Part shown: positions 10,186 to 20,641 of the stretch, one piece after another
Numbering within the stretch: position 1 is the stretch's first letter
Layout of the letters: each line of letters starts with the position of its first letter
Notes under the pieces: generated by a model
Told to the model about the DNA's origin: nothing
What the model saw: only the letters and a program-made list of their open reading frames with translations
Databases searched by the model: none
Position numbers and translations under genes: made by a program
DNA from: Candidatus Bathyarchaeota archaeon
GTDB taxonomy: Archaea > Thermoproteota > Bathyarchaeia > TCS64
Assembly: GCA_963769425.1 (NCBI GenBank)
Contig: CAVYLP010000004.1
Location: forward strand, 224,001-288,000
Direction: 5' to 3'
DNA length: 64,000 nucleotides

Positions 10186-11267
10186 GGCTGCTCAACGCCG
10201 TACTTAGCGGATATGAAGCAGCTTCCCTCATGACTAACCATGCAGGGGCCTATGGGTGAGTCGGGTGTGCATGTCTTGTTGAAGAGGGGGCAGTCCCATG
10301 GATAGCAGACGGCGCGTAGCACCTCACCGCAGCGGCAACCGGGGGGCATCTCGTAGCTCGCCTCCGATTCGAAGTCGAATCGCTTCGAGGCGTCATGGTC
10401 CTCAAATTCATTCTTCAGGGCGAGGCCGGAGTCGGGGATGGTACCGATTCCCCTCCAGGGGGCGTCCCGCCTCTCGAAAACCTCCTCCATCAGACTAATC
10501 GCGTGGGGGTTTCCCTCTGGGCGCACTATCCTCGTGTAGGCGTTCTCCAGCTCCCCCCGCCCCTCCTTGAGTTGTTTGCATATCATCGCGACTGAGAATA
10601 GTATGTCGAGTGGCTCGAAGCCTGCAATGACCTGCGGCACCTTATAGTGATTCGTGACCTCGCGGTACCCGACCTCTCCGATTATGGCGCTGACATGGCC
10701 TGGATCGATGAATCCGTCAACTGGCGTTTCCCCCGATTTTAGGAGGTGAATCATGGCCGGTGGTATGAGTATGTGGGCACTGTAGACACTGAAGTTCTCC
10801 GGCGGGTCTGCGAGCAGCTCAGAGGCTGTAGTTGGCGCCGTCGTCTCGAAGCCCACGCCGAAGTGGACCACCTGCTTATCCGTATCCGCCGCCATCTTCG
10901 CCGCATCATGGATGCTGTAGACGACCCTCACGTCGGCTCCCCTCGCTTTCGCGTCGACGAGACTACCTAAGCCCGCGGGGACCCTCATCATGTCCCCGAA
11001 GGTTGTGAGGACCACCCCCGACTCTGCTAGCCTAATAGCGAAGTCGATGCGGTTCGGCGGGACCGTGCAGACGGGGCACCCCGGCCCCATGAGGACCTCC
11101 ACATTCTTCGGGAGCATGCTCCTGAGCCCGAACTTCATTATAGCATCCTCGTGGGTGCCGCAGACGTGGACTATCCTGATACGTCTGTCCCCCGCAAGCT
11201 CCCTGATGAGCTGGACGACCCTCTTTGCTGTGTCGCCGTCCCTGAACCTCTCCGAGATGCCCGACAT
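10182..11267 (-). CDS. hypD: Hydrogenase maturation protein HypD
   Basis: VCGTHE, GPGCPVC, GFETT, PGHVS, C-terminal Cys cluster and GPCMVSHEGSC. Confidence 0.97.
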   Translation of the reverse strand: MSGISERFRDGDTAKRVVQLIRELAGDRRIRIVHVCGTHEDAIMKFGLRSMLPKNVEVLMGPGCPVCTVPPNRIDFAIRLAESGVVLTTFGDMMRVPAGLGSLVDAKARGADVRVVYSIHDAAKMAADTDKQVVHFGVGFETTAPTTASELLADPPENFSVYSAHILIPPAMIHLLKSGETPVDGFIDPGHVSAIIGEVGYREVTNHYKVPQVIAGFEPLDILFSVAMICKQLKEGRGELENAYTRIVRPEGNPHAISLMEEVFERRDAPWRGIGTIPDSGLALKNEFEDHDASKRFDFESEASYEMPPGCRCGEVLRAVCYPWDCPLFNKTCTPDSPIGPCMVSHEGSCFISAKYGVEQP

Positions 11268-11367
11268 CAAGGAGGACTCAGAGTCATCGGATATAAACCT
11301 CCCCGATGCCCTGAGGGGTAGGGGTTTATATCAGGAAACCCGTAGATTGAGGGTGAGGACTGACAGG

Positions 11368-11682
11368 GTGTCGGAAGAGCAAGCCCCCGAGAAGATAGTA
11401 TTCACGGATAAGGTCGATTTTAAGTTCACAGCAGCTTACGAGGCATACAGCAAGGCCTTCGATGGGGTTGAATCAGCGGTTAAAGTGGAGTTGAATGACG
11501 CCGTTACGAAGCTACACGACGGCAAGATGGACTATGGACTATTCTATAACACTATCAACCAACACATACAGGGCGCTGATAAGGGAAGCAGTTTTAGGCG
11601 CGCCCGGATAGAGGGGCAGAGAAAGAAGGAATACGAGAAAGACGAGCGCAAGCGCGGAAGAAACGAGAGATACCGCAGCTAA
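11368..11682 (+). CDS. Hypothetical protein with a highly charged C-terminal tail
   Basis: 3' part of ORF 10990-11682; GTG start after a TTTATA box; fills the intergenic space. Confidence 0.6.
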   Translation: MSEEQAPEKIVFTDKVDFKFTAAYEAYSKAFDGVESAVKVELNDAVTKLHDGKMDYGLFYNTINQHIQGADKGSSFRRARIEGQRKKEYEKDERKRGRNERYRS

Positions 11683-11703
11683 GTTTACCCTAAATAATCT
11701 TAT

Positions 11704-13113
11704 CTAATGATTCTTGTGATATCTGTACCTCTCGAGGAAGAGGTCGTAGCCGCAGTTGGTTTCAACGAATTCAACGGGCTGTCTTAGTCCATCGGTAAGA
11801 GTGTGGAAGCTGAGGCTGCTCATCATCGGGTCATTTGGGATGAGGGGCGTCTGGCAATCGAGGAAGGGGTCCTTCTGCTCGATATAGAGAAGGCCACCCT
11901 TGTTGATGACACGCAGCTTTTCGAGGCCCATGTGTATCTGGTAATCGCCGATTAGATTCCTCATCTTTTCTCGTAGTTCTAGATGCGGGTGGGCGTAGGG
12001 GTTCTGACCCATTAATGCAGCGAAGATTCCGTCCGCTATGGTTGCGAAGGGTGGGCGGCTCGTGTTCGCAGCCATTGCAACGCCGAGTTTGAGGTCGGGG
12101 ACCATGGCGAGGTGTGCGGTTGCGACTAGTAGGCTACCTCCATGGTTTAGCTGCTTGTAGCTGTGGAAGTCGGGGAGGATGCTCCACCCGTATCCGTAGC
12201 TGCTCATTCCCCAGTAAGTCTCTGCATACTCGATGTGAGGGGTGAACATCCTCTTGATGGACTCCTCGGAGGCGAGTCGCTTCCCCTTATGGAAGCCACC
12301 GTTCATGAGGGCGGCGAGGTAGGTTGTCAGTTCTGTCATTGGTGCCATGAGGCCTCCCGCTGCGGCGTTCCAGCTGAAGTCGGGGTTCTCAGAGACGTCG
12401 GGGTAGGGGAAGCCGGTTGGTTGGAGGGTGCCGTCTGTCCTCTTCCAGTGGGCGACCATCCTGTCGGGGTCAGCGTCGAACTCGTGCTTGACGAATGTGC
12501 TCCTCCCCATCCCAAGGGGTTTGAGGATATTCTCGCGGATGTACTCGTGGAATGGGACGCCGCTGACCTTCTGAATTATGTTTCCTACTACTCGGAAGCC
12601 TTCGTTGCTGTAGAAGAATCGCTCCCCAGGGTCCGCCGCGATCTCGGCGTTAGCGGAGTTTACTACTCGATAGAAGTCGTCGGTTGTGCCCCACGGGACG
12701 CCGAGGTCGACTCCGACTCCGCGGCTGAGGCCGATGGTGCTTGTGGCGAGGTTGGGGACACCGCTGCCGTGGCTGAGTAGGTGGTGAATGGTTATCGGCT
12801 TTCCTTTTAGGCCAAGCTTAAAGGGGACGTAGTCGGCAGCTGGGTCTGTAAGCTTGATCTTTCCTTTTTCAGCTAGCTGCATCGCAGCGAGGGCGACGAA
12901 GCTCTTCGTGCAGGAACCGATCCCGTAGAGGGTTTTGGGGGTGGCGGGGAGGGTACGCGCGGGATCTCGGGAGCCGAAGCCCTGCGAGTAGATCACCTTT
13001 CCCTCCTGGACGACGGCGACGCTGAAGCCGGGTATCTTTCCCTCTCTCATGAACTCGGGGATGATCCTCTCTGCGAACTCCTTCATCTTCTCGGTCTTGC
13101 CGGGTTTTGACAT
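11704..13113 (-). CDS. Serine hydrolase, beta-lactamase/peptidase S12 family
   Basis: SCTK (SxxK), YSN, HGG motifs. Confidence 0.92.
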   Translation of the reverse strand: MSKPGKTEKMKEFAERIIPEFMREGKIPGFSVAVVQEGKVIYSQGFGSRDPARTLPATPKTLYGIGSCTKSFVALAAMQLAEKGKIKLTDPAADYVPFKLGLKGKPITIHHLLSHGSGVPNLATSTIGLSRGVGVDLGVPWGTTDDFYRVVNSANAEIAADPGERFFYSNEGFRVVGNIIQKVSGVPFHEYIRENILKPLGMGRSTFVKHEFDADPDRMVAHWKRTDGTLQPTGFPYPDVSENPDFSWNAAAGGLMAPMTELTTYLAALMNGGFHKGKRLASEESIKRMFTPHIEYAETYWGMSSYGYGWSILPDFHSYKQLNHGGSLLVATAHLAMVPDLKLGVAMAANTSRPPFATIADGIFAALMGQNPYAHPHLELREKMRNLIGDYQIHMGLEKLRVINKGGLLYIEQKDPFLDCQTPLIPNDPMMSSLSFHTLTDGLRQPVEFVETNCGYDLFLERYRYHKNH

Positions 13114-13190
13114 GGATAATCTGATGCGTGAGTGGTTTTAAGGTCGTGGGGCGTAGACCCTTTAACCCTGATGCAGCGTATCTAATCGTC

Positions 13191-14507
13191 ATGAAGGACC
13201 TAAGGCTCCTATGCGTCGGCGACGCCTTCATCGCGCGCCGAATCGGCGTTTACGGGGGCGAGCCCGACGTGGCGCCCCTCTTCAAGAGGATCAGGGACGC
13301 GGACGTCTCGTTCATTAACGTGGAGATCGCCATTCACAGCTTCGAGGGGTACCCGATAGGAGAGGGGAAGTATGACGCCTACGGGCAGGCGGATCCCATC
13401 GTGGCGGACGACCTGAAGGAGATTGGCTTCGACATCTGCAGCTGCGCGAACAACCATGCAATGGATTACAGCGAGGGCGGGCTGAGGGCGACCATCGGGA
13501 ACCTCGACCGGGTGGGCATCGCCCACTCAGGATCGGGCATGAACCTCGCGGAGGCGAGGGAGCCCGCGTTCCTCGACACGCCGCAGGGGGTCGTGAGTCT
13601 CGTCTCTGCTAGCACATGGGACCTCGGCTTCGCGGGTCAACAGAGGAATAACCTACCCGGGAGGCCGGGTGTCAACCCCCTCCACCTCGACAAGATCTAC
13701 CACCTTAAACCCGAGCACTGGGACCAGTTCAAGGGCATCTTAGCCGCTGTCGATCACGCGGCGGACATCTTCGTCAACGAGCCCAAGTTCATAAGGTTCC
13801 CTGACAGGGAGACGAAGTTCATGAGGGGTGAGGAGACGAGGAGGGAGTACGTCCCGAGGAAGGCGGACATCGATGGTAACATTCGCGCCCTCAGGGACGC
13901 CCGATCCCTAAGCGACTGGGTCTTCTTCAGCCTGCACGACCACTTCGCCGGCGTACACGCCCCGAAGGGGTACAGGAACCTAGACCTTCCACCAGACGAG
14001 GTCCGGGACTTCGCACACAAAGTTATCGACGCGGGCGCAGACGCCTACCTGGGCCACGGCCCACACGTGATGAGAGGCATCGAGGTCTACAAAGGGAAGC
14101 CCATCTTCTACAGCCTAGGCAACTTCGTCTTCCAGAGCACACTAATCCGGAGGCAACCGGCGGACCTCTTCGACCTCTGGGGTATGACGGGGGAGCAGAC
14201 AACGGTTGAGCTATACGAGAAGCGTGAGGCGCCACCCGCCGTCTTCTTCGACGACCCGAGCTACTGGGAGAGCTTCGTCGCCGAGGTCGACTACGCGGAG
14301 GGGAAGCTGAAGGAAATTCACCTCATCCCGATAGTGCTCGATTACGACCCGAAGAAACCACTTAGCGAGCAGAGGACGACGGCCGGTGTGCCCCGCCTCG
14401 CGAAGGGTAATAAGGCAAAGAAGATCATCGAGGACCTCGCCCGCCTCTCGCACCTCTACGGGACGGAGGTCGAATACAGGGACGGGGTGGGGGTAATAAC
14501 CCCCTAG
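13191..14507 (+). CDS. CapA (PGA_cap) family metallophosphoesterase
   Basis: VGD, ANNHAMDY, IDAGAD..GHGPH, YSLGNF. Confidence 0.9.
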   Translation: MKDLRLLCVGDAFIARRIGVYGGEPDVAPLFKRIRDADVSFINVEIAIHSFEGYPIGEGKYDAYGQADPIVADDLKEIGFDICSCANNHAMDYSEGGLRATIGNLDRVGIAHSGSGMNLAEAREPAFLDTPQGVVSLVSASTWDLGFAGQQRNNLPGRPGVNPLHLDKIYHLKPEHWDQFKGILAAVDHAADIFVNEPKFIRFPDRETKFMRGEETRREYVPRKADIDGNIRALRDARSLSDWVFFSLHDHFAGVHAPKGYRNLDLPPDEVRDFAHKVIDAGADAYLGHGPHVMRGIEVYKGKPIFYSLGNFVFQSTLIRRQPADLFDLWGMTGEQTTVELYEKREAPPAVFFDDPSYWESFVAEVDYAEGKLKEIHLIPIVLDYDPKKPLSEQRTTAGVPRLAKGNKAKKIIEDLARLSHLYGTEVEYRDGVGVITP

Positions 14508-14511
14508 TCGG

Positions 14512-15135
14512 CTAGTCCTCGAACGCCTTTATCAGGTCGTCGTCGCTGAGGGTCCCGACGACGCCGCCCTCGCCGTTTATGAGAATGTGGTCGAGGCCGG
14601 TGACCGCCATGACCCTTATCGCGTTAGCGAGTTTGTCGTCCTCGCCGAGGGAGATGCAGACATTCGTGCCCTTGAGGCCGCATGCCTCCATGAACTCCTT
14701 CGTGTAGGCGCCCTTGAGGATGCTTGAGACCTTTAGGTCGCGGACGTCGCGGGGTATCTGCTCGAGCATATCTTTCTGCAGGACCCAGGTGACCATGGCG
14801 TCGAAGAGGTCGTGACTAGTGACGAGGCCCTGGACCTCGCCCTTCTTGTCCCTTACGACGGCGATGTCCTTGCCGCCGGCGCCCATGGCCTCGGCGACCT
14901 CGCCGAGCGTCTGGGTAGTGGCTACGAATAGGGGCTTCTTCTTCATGAACTCCCTGATTGGTTTATCGAGGTTCAACTTGATCAGTGTTTCCTCGGGAAC
15001 CGGGGTTAAAAAAACCTCTTTTTTCGATAAAATTAGCGATGAAAAAAATATGAACGGTGTATCAAAATGAAGACTGTGCTTGAAAATTATTATAGTGGAA
15101 AGGTAGGTGGCAAAGCCTAGGAAGATTAGACTCAT
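14512..15135 (-). CDS. CBS domain protein (true start uncertain, probably near 15000)
   Basis: PIREFM, GLVTSHDL, VGTLSDDDL tandem CBS motifs. Confidence 0.75.
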   Translation of the reverse strand: MSLIFLGFATYLSTIIIFKHSLHFDTPFIFFSSLILSKKEVFLTPVPEETLIKLNLDKPIREFMKKKPLFVATTQTLGEVAEAMGAGGKDIAVVRDKKGEVQGLVTSHDLFDAMVTWVLQKDMLEQIPRDVRDLKVSSILKGAYTKEFMEACGLKGTNVCISLGEDDKLANAIRVMAVTGLDHILINGEGGVVGTLSDDDLIKAFED

Positions 15136-15180
15136 TGTCTATTCGGAGCCTGCGTGCAAGCCCCGTTTAGGAAATCTGTT

Positions 15181-15360
15181 CTAGCCTGTCCTATGCTTCG
15201 AGAAGCAGTCTCTGCAGTACACCGGCCGACCGGCTGTTGGCTTGAATGGTACTTCGCATTCCTTGCCGCAATCTGAACACTTCACCTTCGTCGCCTCGCG
15301 TGGGCGTTCCCTGGGCTCGCTGCCGGGCTTCCTCTTATCAAAATATACTGTCATTTTCAT
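15181..15360 (-). CDS. CxxC-x17-CxxC domain zinc-binding protein
   Basis: CSDCGKECEVPFKPTAGRPVYCRDCF. Confidence 0.9.
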   Translation of the reverse strand: MKMTVYFDKRKPGSEPRERPREATKVKCSDCGKECEVPFKPTAGRPVYCRDCFSKHRTG

Positions 15361-15572
15361 TTCACCGCATATAGGTTGCCCAAAGGGCCCCCTGTACACT
15401 ACGGTATACGAGGGTTGCTAGAGGTTAAACCTATGTAATTTACAGACGTGACCCCGACTTAGCTGCATGCTAGTGATAGTTTAATAGCCGCCTTATTCCA
15501 TTCTGGGAAAGTCGGGGCGACCCGGTTATATTCGGGCATCACAGCGAGTATTAGGGACGCCGTGGGCGAGCG

Positions 15573-16605
15573 ATGAAGGTGGAGGAGTTCCAAGCAGGCA
15601 TCGGGGAGGCGAGGCTCATGCTCCCGCCCCTCGCTGACTACACTGACTACCCGTACCGCCGCGTCATTGCCGGCTTCGACCCCCCCTTCGTAGTCACAGA
15701 GATGATCAGCGCGGACGCCCTCATACACGGCGGCGCGAGGACGCGGCGTATGCTTGATAGGGTCAGCGGCGCCCGGTGCGAGGGCGTCCAACTCGTCGGA
15801 GCGAACCCCGAGACCATGGCCGAGGGCGCGAGGATCGTCGAGTCCCTCGGCTTCGACTACGTCGACGTGAACATGGGCTGCACAATCAACAAGGTCGCTC
15901 GGCAGGGGGCGGGCATCTCCCTGATGGGGGACGAGGAAAGGGCCTGCTGCGTAGTCTCCGCTATTATAAACGCGGTTAGTATTTCTGTCACCTGCAAGAT
16001 GAGGCTCGGCATGAGCAAGGAAAAGGTCAACGTCGTGAGCCTGTCGAGGAGGCTCGAAGAGATTGGAGTCGCTTCTATAACTGTCCACGGTAGGAGCGGG
16101 GAGAAGAAGTGGGGCCTCCCTGTTGTTTACGATGAGATCAAGGGGGTCGTTGAAGCACTCAACATCCCCGTAGTGGCGAATGGTGGGGTCTTCACGGGTG
16201 AGGACGCGAAGAGGATGATCGAGATGACGGGGGCTACCGGGGTCATGCCCGGGAGGGGCCTAATCGGGAACCCCTGGATAGTCCCCGAGATAACCGCCGC
16301 CCTCATGGGATGCTGATTATCGCCCCCCGACGCTCGCCGATAGAAAGGCGACCTGCCTCCTCCACATGCGGTACCTCTGCGAGTACTACGGCGACCATGG
16401 CGGCGCCGTCAAGATGCGCAGGATACTCCCCGAGTACTTCCCCGGGTGCGTGAACCTCCGAAGCCTCAGACAGGACATACACGAGACCTCAACCCCCGGG
16501 GAGGTAGAGGCCCTGATGGATAGAATCCTAGAGGACGGCGCCCACGGGAGCTACGATTGGCGGTCTACTTCCCACGCTGACGATCCTTCACCCACGATAG
16601 GATGA
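15573..16605 (+). CDS. dus: tRNA-dihydrouridine synthase (indel near 16314-16325)
   Basis: DVNMGC, VTCKMR, TVHGR, VANGGV, GRGLIGNPW; C-terminal helical domain in ORF 16366-16605. Confidence 0.88.
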
Positions 16606-16875
16606 CGACGCCGTCGACGAAGGCGATTATGAGGTTCAGCATTATCGGCACGTCGAAGCCGTATACGTCGAAGAGGATACTTCCGATTATCGGGGCGGAT
16701 AACCCATTAGGCAGCGGAACGTGGAGAAGCTCCCCAGCCCTAGACCGAGGCTGAGGGCGAAGGGCTGCCAGACGGTTAGCCTGAGGTTGTCACGGATGCC
16801 GCGAAGGGCCGATGCGGCCGACAGGGTGAATAGTCTCCCCCAGTCGCGAAGTCTCTCCCCAACCATATCTGACAC
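16565..16875 (-). pseudogene. Internally deleted MFS transporter remnant
   Basis: An MFS-like N-terminus (..VWQPFALSLG) is joined directly to a C-terminus (FSTFR..PIIGSILFDVYGFDVPIMLNLIIAFVDGVVILSWVKD); frameshift near 16695. Confidence 0.6.
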
Positions 16876-17166
16876 CCGTGAACATTTCGATGAACCTGAT
16901 GCATATCCCCCGACCGATATTTAGAGGTAGCGAAAAAACCCCGGAAACACCCCTTAGGAAAAAGGCAGGGTAGGGTAAGCCGAATAGCCGCATCCATGCC
17001 ACCATTTAAGAAAATAGGCTTAAAAACGACTCCGTTCAGAAGCCTTATAATGCATAAACGCGCTGTTAAGCCACTTTTCTCGGCGCGGACCCTACCTACA
17101 CTGGGAAAAAGTTCCACGATCAAACCCTTTCCGCTACATCAAAGGCTTGGAGATCCGCGAAATACC

Positions 17167-18194
17167 TCAATTCGGCTCGAATCTACCCGCTAGTTTCAGC
17201 ATCCTCAGCGCCCTGAAGGTGATCCACTTACTCTCCCGCCCCTTCAAGCCAAATGGCGCGTCCACTGGCCCCGGGGCGTTGTCTAGCACCCACCTACCCG
17301 CCTCGTTCCTCTTGGAGAGGACGAACTCGACCGCATCGTCTACAGCCTCTTCTTCGACGCCCAGTTTGAGCATCGTGGTGGCTATCTCGATGGCGTCGTG
17401 GTAGTAGGTTAGTGGGGCGGTCAACCTCTGTGGGCGGGTGTTCTTCGTAGCTATCGGCTTCGATGGGTTGTGGCTGCTCCAGAGTAGGCGGTGTGCGAGG
17501 ACGAAGTCGACTCCCCTCTGCTTCGCCTCCTCGGCCTCGGGTGACCAGAACCCAATCGGCGCTACGGTCATCGCCCTGAGGAGGTTCGTCGCCCCCCAGT
17601 AGCAGGTGTGCTTCCCCCAGCACCTCTCCCTAACGCCCCTGTAGGGGAACACGGTTGGCGGTCTCCAGTCCCCGTCGTCGAACCTTTGATACTTCACGAG
17701 CCAATCGAGGGTGGACCTCACCTCGGGGCGTGAGCCGAGGCCAAGCCTGCTGAGGGCCCAGATCATGTTGCCCATGAAGCAGGGCATCATGTACACCTCG
17801 CCGCCGTGGAAGCTCACACCGAAGGTGCCATGCTCTTTGCTGAAGGCGTTGGCGAGGATGACCTCCCCCAGCCTCCTGACCCTATTGTCGTCTGGGTCCG
17901 CACCTGCCTCGGCTAGGAAGAGTAGCTTCCAAGCCGCGCCCCTGTAACCTGGCTTGTAGCCCGCAGCTACGGCGGCGCCCCCCACTTCGCTACGGCCGCG
18001 TCATTTGAATATCCCCCCTCTGGGTTCAAGCTGGCTAGTATCCGCGAGATGGGTGGAGTCTTCATAGCCTCAGTTAGGGTTTCCCTGACTTCACTACTGG
18101 ATCTTGATGCATTGAGTAGATCGACTAGGGTGTTGTACCGGATCCAAGGGTCACCCGGCTCGAGAAGCCACTCCAGTGTCACAGCGTCGGTCAA
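17167..18194 (-). CDS. Prenyltransferase/squalene-cyclase-repeat alpha-barrel protein (frameshift near 17980)
   Basis: WLLEPGDPWIRYNTLVDLL, DWLVKYQRFDDG, LSKRNEAGRW, GRESKWITFRAL. Confidence 0.75.
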
Positions 18195-18247
18195 GACGCT
18201 TAGAAAATGTATATTGGTGACATATCTCGACTTCGATGAGTCATCTC

Positions 18248-18478
18248 CTAGCGAAGGCTAAGAGGGCGATGAAGAGGAACGCAACCCCCGCCTAGCAGTT
18301 CGCTCCCTGTGAGCCAGTAGACGATCCCCGCCACAAAGAAGGCCGGGATGAGCATGATCAACGCCCCGATGACTACGAGGATGATCATGCCGATTAGCAC
18401 CATAACGATAAGGGCGCCGATTATCGAGAATGGGCTGACGAGAATTTCGTTTATCATGTCGGCGACGATATGATACAA
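18248..18478 (-). CDS. Small membrane protein (possible 3' frameshift)
   Basis: Long hydrophobic stretch. Confidence 0.55.
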   Translation of the reverse strand: MYHIVADMINEILVSPFSIIGALIVMVLIGMIILVVIGALIMLIPAFFVAGIVYWLTGSELLGGGCVPLHRPLSLR

Positions 18479-18642
18479 GGTGGTTCATGTCATCCTTGCC
18501 TACCCTGTTTAGATGTCCTGATCCTCAAGAGTCGTCTTTCCACGGTGGCGGAGAGACTCGGAAAGGGTTCTGAACCAATTTTAGACCGATATTCTCGCCG
18601 CTTATTTTAAAAGCCATCACGGTAACAAGTAGACGTCGTCCA

Positions 18643-19821
18643 ATGCCCCTAAATAAGGAGCGAGCAAAGCAGGTCATGGAGAAGGCGGGTGTAGACGCAA
18701 TCCTCGCTGCTTCCCCTGCGAACGTCTTCTACGTTTCAGATTATTACGGTGAGGGGATGAGTCTCGGTTGCGGGACGCAAGGCTATGCCCTCCTCCCACT
18801 CGACGCGGAGCCTGCACTTATGGCTCCCCTCTCTGAGGCGGACCTTGTCGCTGAGAGTCGTAGCTGGATCAAGGACATCCACTGGTACGGCTGCCTCAAG
18901 GTGAACACAACTGGGAACCCTAAATCTTCTGAGATTACGCAGATAATAATTGAGGCTACAAAGGCGAAGGCCGAGCAGACCCCATGCGATTCCCTAGTCA
19001 TTGCTGTCACGAGCAGGGGGTTAGCCAAGAAGACGATCGCGGTCGACGGTCAGGGTGTCAACCCAACTCGGTGGGAGAATATTAAGCGTAATCTCCCCGA
19101 CGCTAGGATAGTTGACGGCTCAGCTCTCCTCCAGGAGATACGGGCTGTAAAGACCTTTGAGGAGATTGAGCTCATCAAGAAGGCAGTCGAGATTACGGAG
19201 AAGTCGATGGAGGACGCCCTCGAGATTGCTCAGCCCGATATCATGGAGCTCGACTTGAGTAAGATGTACAGTTACAGCGTCGCCGAGGACGGTGGAACCG
19301 TGGTGAGTAATAACATAGGCTTCGGAGAGAGGAGCGCCTATCCTAACCCGATACCTACGACGCTTCAGCTTCAGAAGGGGGATCTGATCAGGATGAGCTT
19401 AGGTGCCTCTTGGAGCCACTATAATGGCAACGTGACTCGCACAGCGGCTATTGGGAAGACTTCTCCTGAAGTGGAGAAAAGGCTGAAGATCGTCATCGAC
19501 GCCCAGGAGGCGGCCTTCGATTCCTGTCGCCCTGGTGCTACATTCGGCGACGTCTATGCTGCTTCCCAAAAGGAGCTCCAGAAGGGAGGTTTGAAGGATT
19601 GTAGCATGAGCCTCGGCCACTGTATAGGGGCGGAGGCGAATGAGCGGCCCTGGGTCTGCCCCGGTGACAAGTCGAAGATTGAGGAGGGGATGGTGTTGAA
19701 CATCGATGTGCCCTACTTGGACCTCGGCTGGGGTGGGATAGAGATGGAGGACGCCGTTGTGGTGACGAAGAAGGGGCTGCGCCTCCTCACCAATACTGAG
19801 AGGACCATCTACCTTCTCTAG
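18643..19821 (+). CDS. Xaa-Pro peptidase (M24) family protein
   Basis: Creatinase-like N-domain, RAVKTFEEI, GHCIG, GIEMEDAVVVT; several metal ligands look substituted. Confidence 0.85.
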   Translation: MPLNKERAKQVMEKAGVDAILAASPANVFYVSDYYGEGMSLGCGTQGYALLPLDAEPALMAPLSEADLVAESRSWIKDIHWYGCLKVNTTGNPKSSEITQIIIEATKAKAEQTPCDSLVIAVTSRGLAKKTIAVDGQGVNPTRWENIKRNLPDARIVDGSALLQEIRAVKTFEEIELIKKAVEITEKSMEDALEIAQPDIMELDLSKMYSYSVAEDGGTVVSNNIGFGERSAYPNPIPTTLQLQKGDLIRMSLGASWSHYNGNVTRTAAIGKTSPEVEKRLKIVIDAQEAAFDSCRPGATFGDVYAASQKELQKGGLKDCSMSLGHCIGAEANERPWVCPGDKSKIEEGMVLNIDVPYLDLGWGGIEMEDAVVVTKKGLRLLTNTERTIYLL

Positions 19822-20606
19822 GTATTCCGCCGAGCTATCATGAGGACGATACGTGAGGCGTGGCCGAGGCCATTCTCCTCGATCTCCTTGCCGTACTTCT
19901 TCCAAACCTCCTCGAAGGGGAGGGGTTCTACATCGTGGCTCCGGGCGTTATCTATGGCGGTCTGGATCTCTAGGCGCGCCTCGGTTGCTCGTAGCTTCTT
20001 CCCAGTGTAGAGAGCCTCACGTTTGACGAGGGTGAAGCCGGCTCCCCGTAGGTACTCCTGGTAGCGGATGGCGGGTAGCCACTTAGCGCCGCAAGCGTGG
20101 GCGTATACTTCAGCCTCGAGCCTTTGGGCTGTCGTCTCCGCCTCCTCTGGGGGGATTATTGTGAAGCAGAAGTAGCCACGTGGCCTGAGGACGCGGGCGA
20201 CCTCGTGGAAGGCCTGGCGGACACCCTGGTCGCCTCGTGTCATGTCGATGTCGTCGAGGCCCATGAAGTTGACGGCCATTCCGAAGCTGCCGCCCTGGAA
20301 CTCTAGGCGGGTGGCGTCCATTTTCATCGTTGTTACGTGGGGGTCGAGCCACTTCTCCCTTATGCGGCGGTCGGCGATCCTGATAGCCTTGTCGGAGACG
20401 TCTATTGCGACTATCTTTAGGCTAGGGTCCCGCTTGGCGAGCTCTATGGCGAAGAGGGCGGAGCCCGTTGCCACGTCGAGTATCCTCATTCTTGGCTCTA
20501 GCGGGAGCATGGCGACTATCCTCGCCCTGAGGCCGTCGAGTCTGGAGGCGTAATCCTCGTAGTCCCGTTCCGGGACGTAGACCTCAGGGGGTGCCAAGGC
20601 GATCAC
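19818..20606 (-). CDS. Class I SAM-dependent methyltransferase
   Basis: ILDVATGSA, MDAT, VARVLRPRG. Confidence 0.88.
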   Translation of the reverse strand: MIALAPPEVYVPERDYEDYASRLDGLRARIVAMLPLEPRMRILDVATGSALFAIELAKRDPSLKIVAIDVSDKAIRIADRRIREKWLDPHVTTMKMDATRLEFQGGSFGMAVNFMGLDDIDMTRGDQGVRQAFHEVARVLRPRGYFCFTIIPPEEAETTAQRLEAEVYAHACGAKWLPAIRYQEYLRGAGFTLVKREALYTGKKLRATEARLEIQTAIDNARSHDVEPLPFEEVWKKYGKEIEENGLGHASRIVLMIARRNT

Positions 20607-20641
20607 TGATAAGGCGGGTGACGGCTGTTAACGCTTTCCTT

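Noticed and set aside
15362-15412. Small hairpins upstream of the CxxC-x17-CxxC gene as a riboswitch-like leader
   Set aside because: The stems are only 4-6 bp and match no recognised motif.
16311-16320. TGC-TGA in dus as possible selenocysteine readthrough
   Set aside because: The downstream domain is in another frame, so this is an indel rather than an in-frame UGA.
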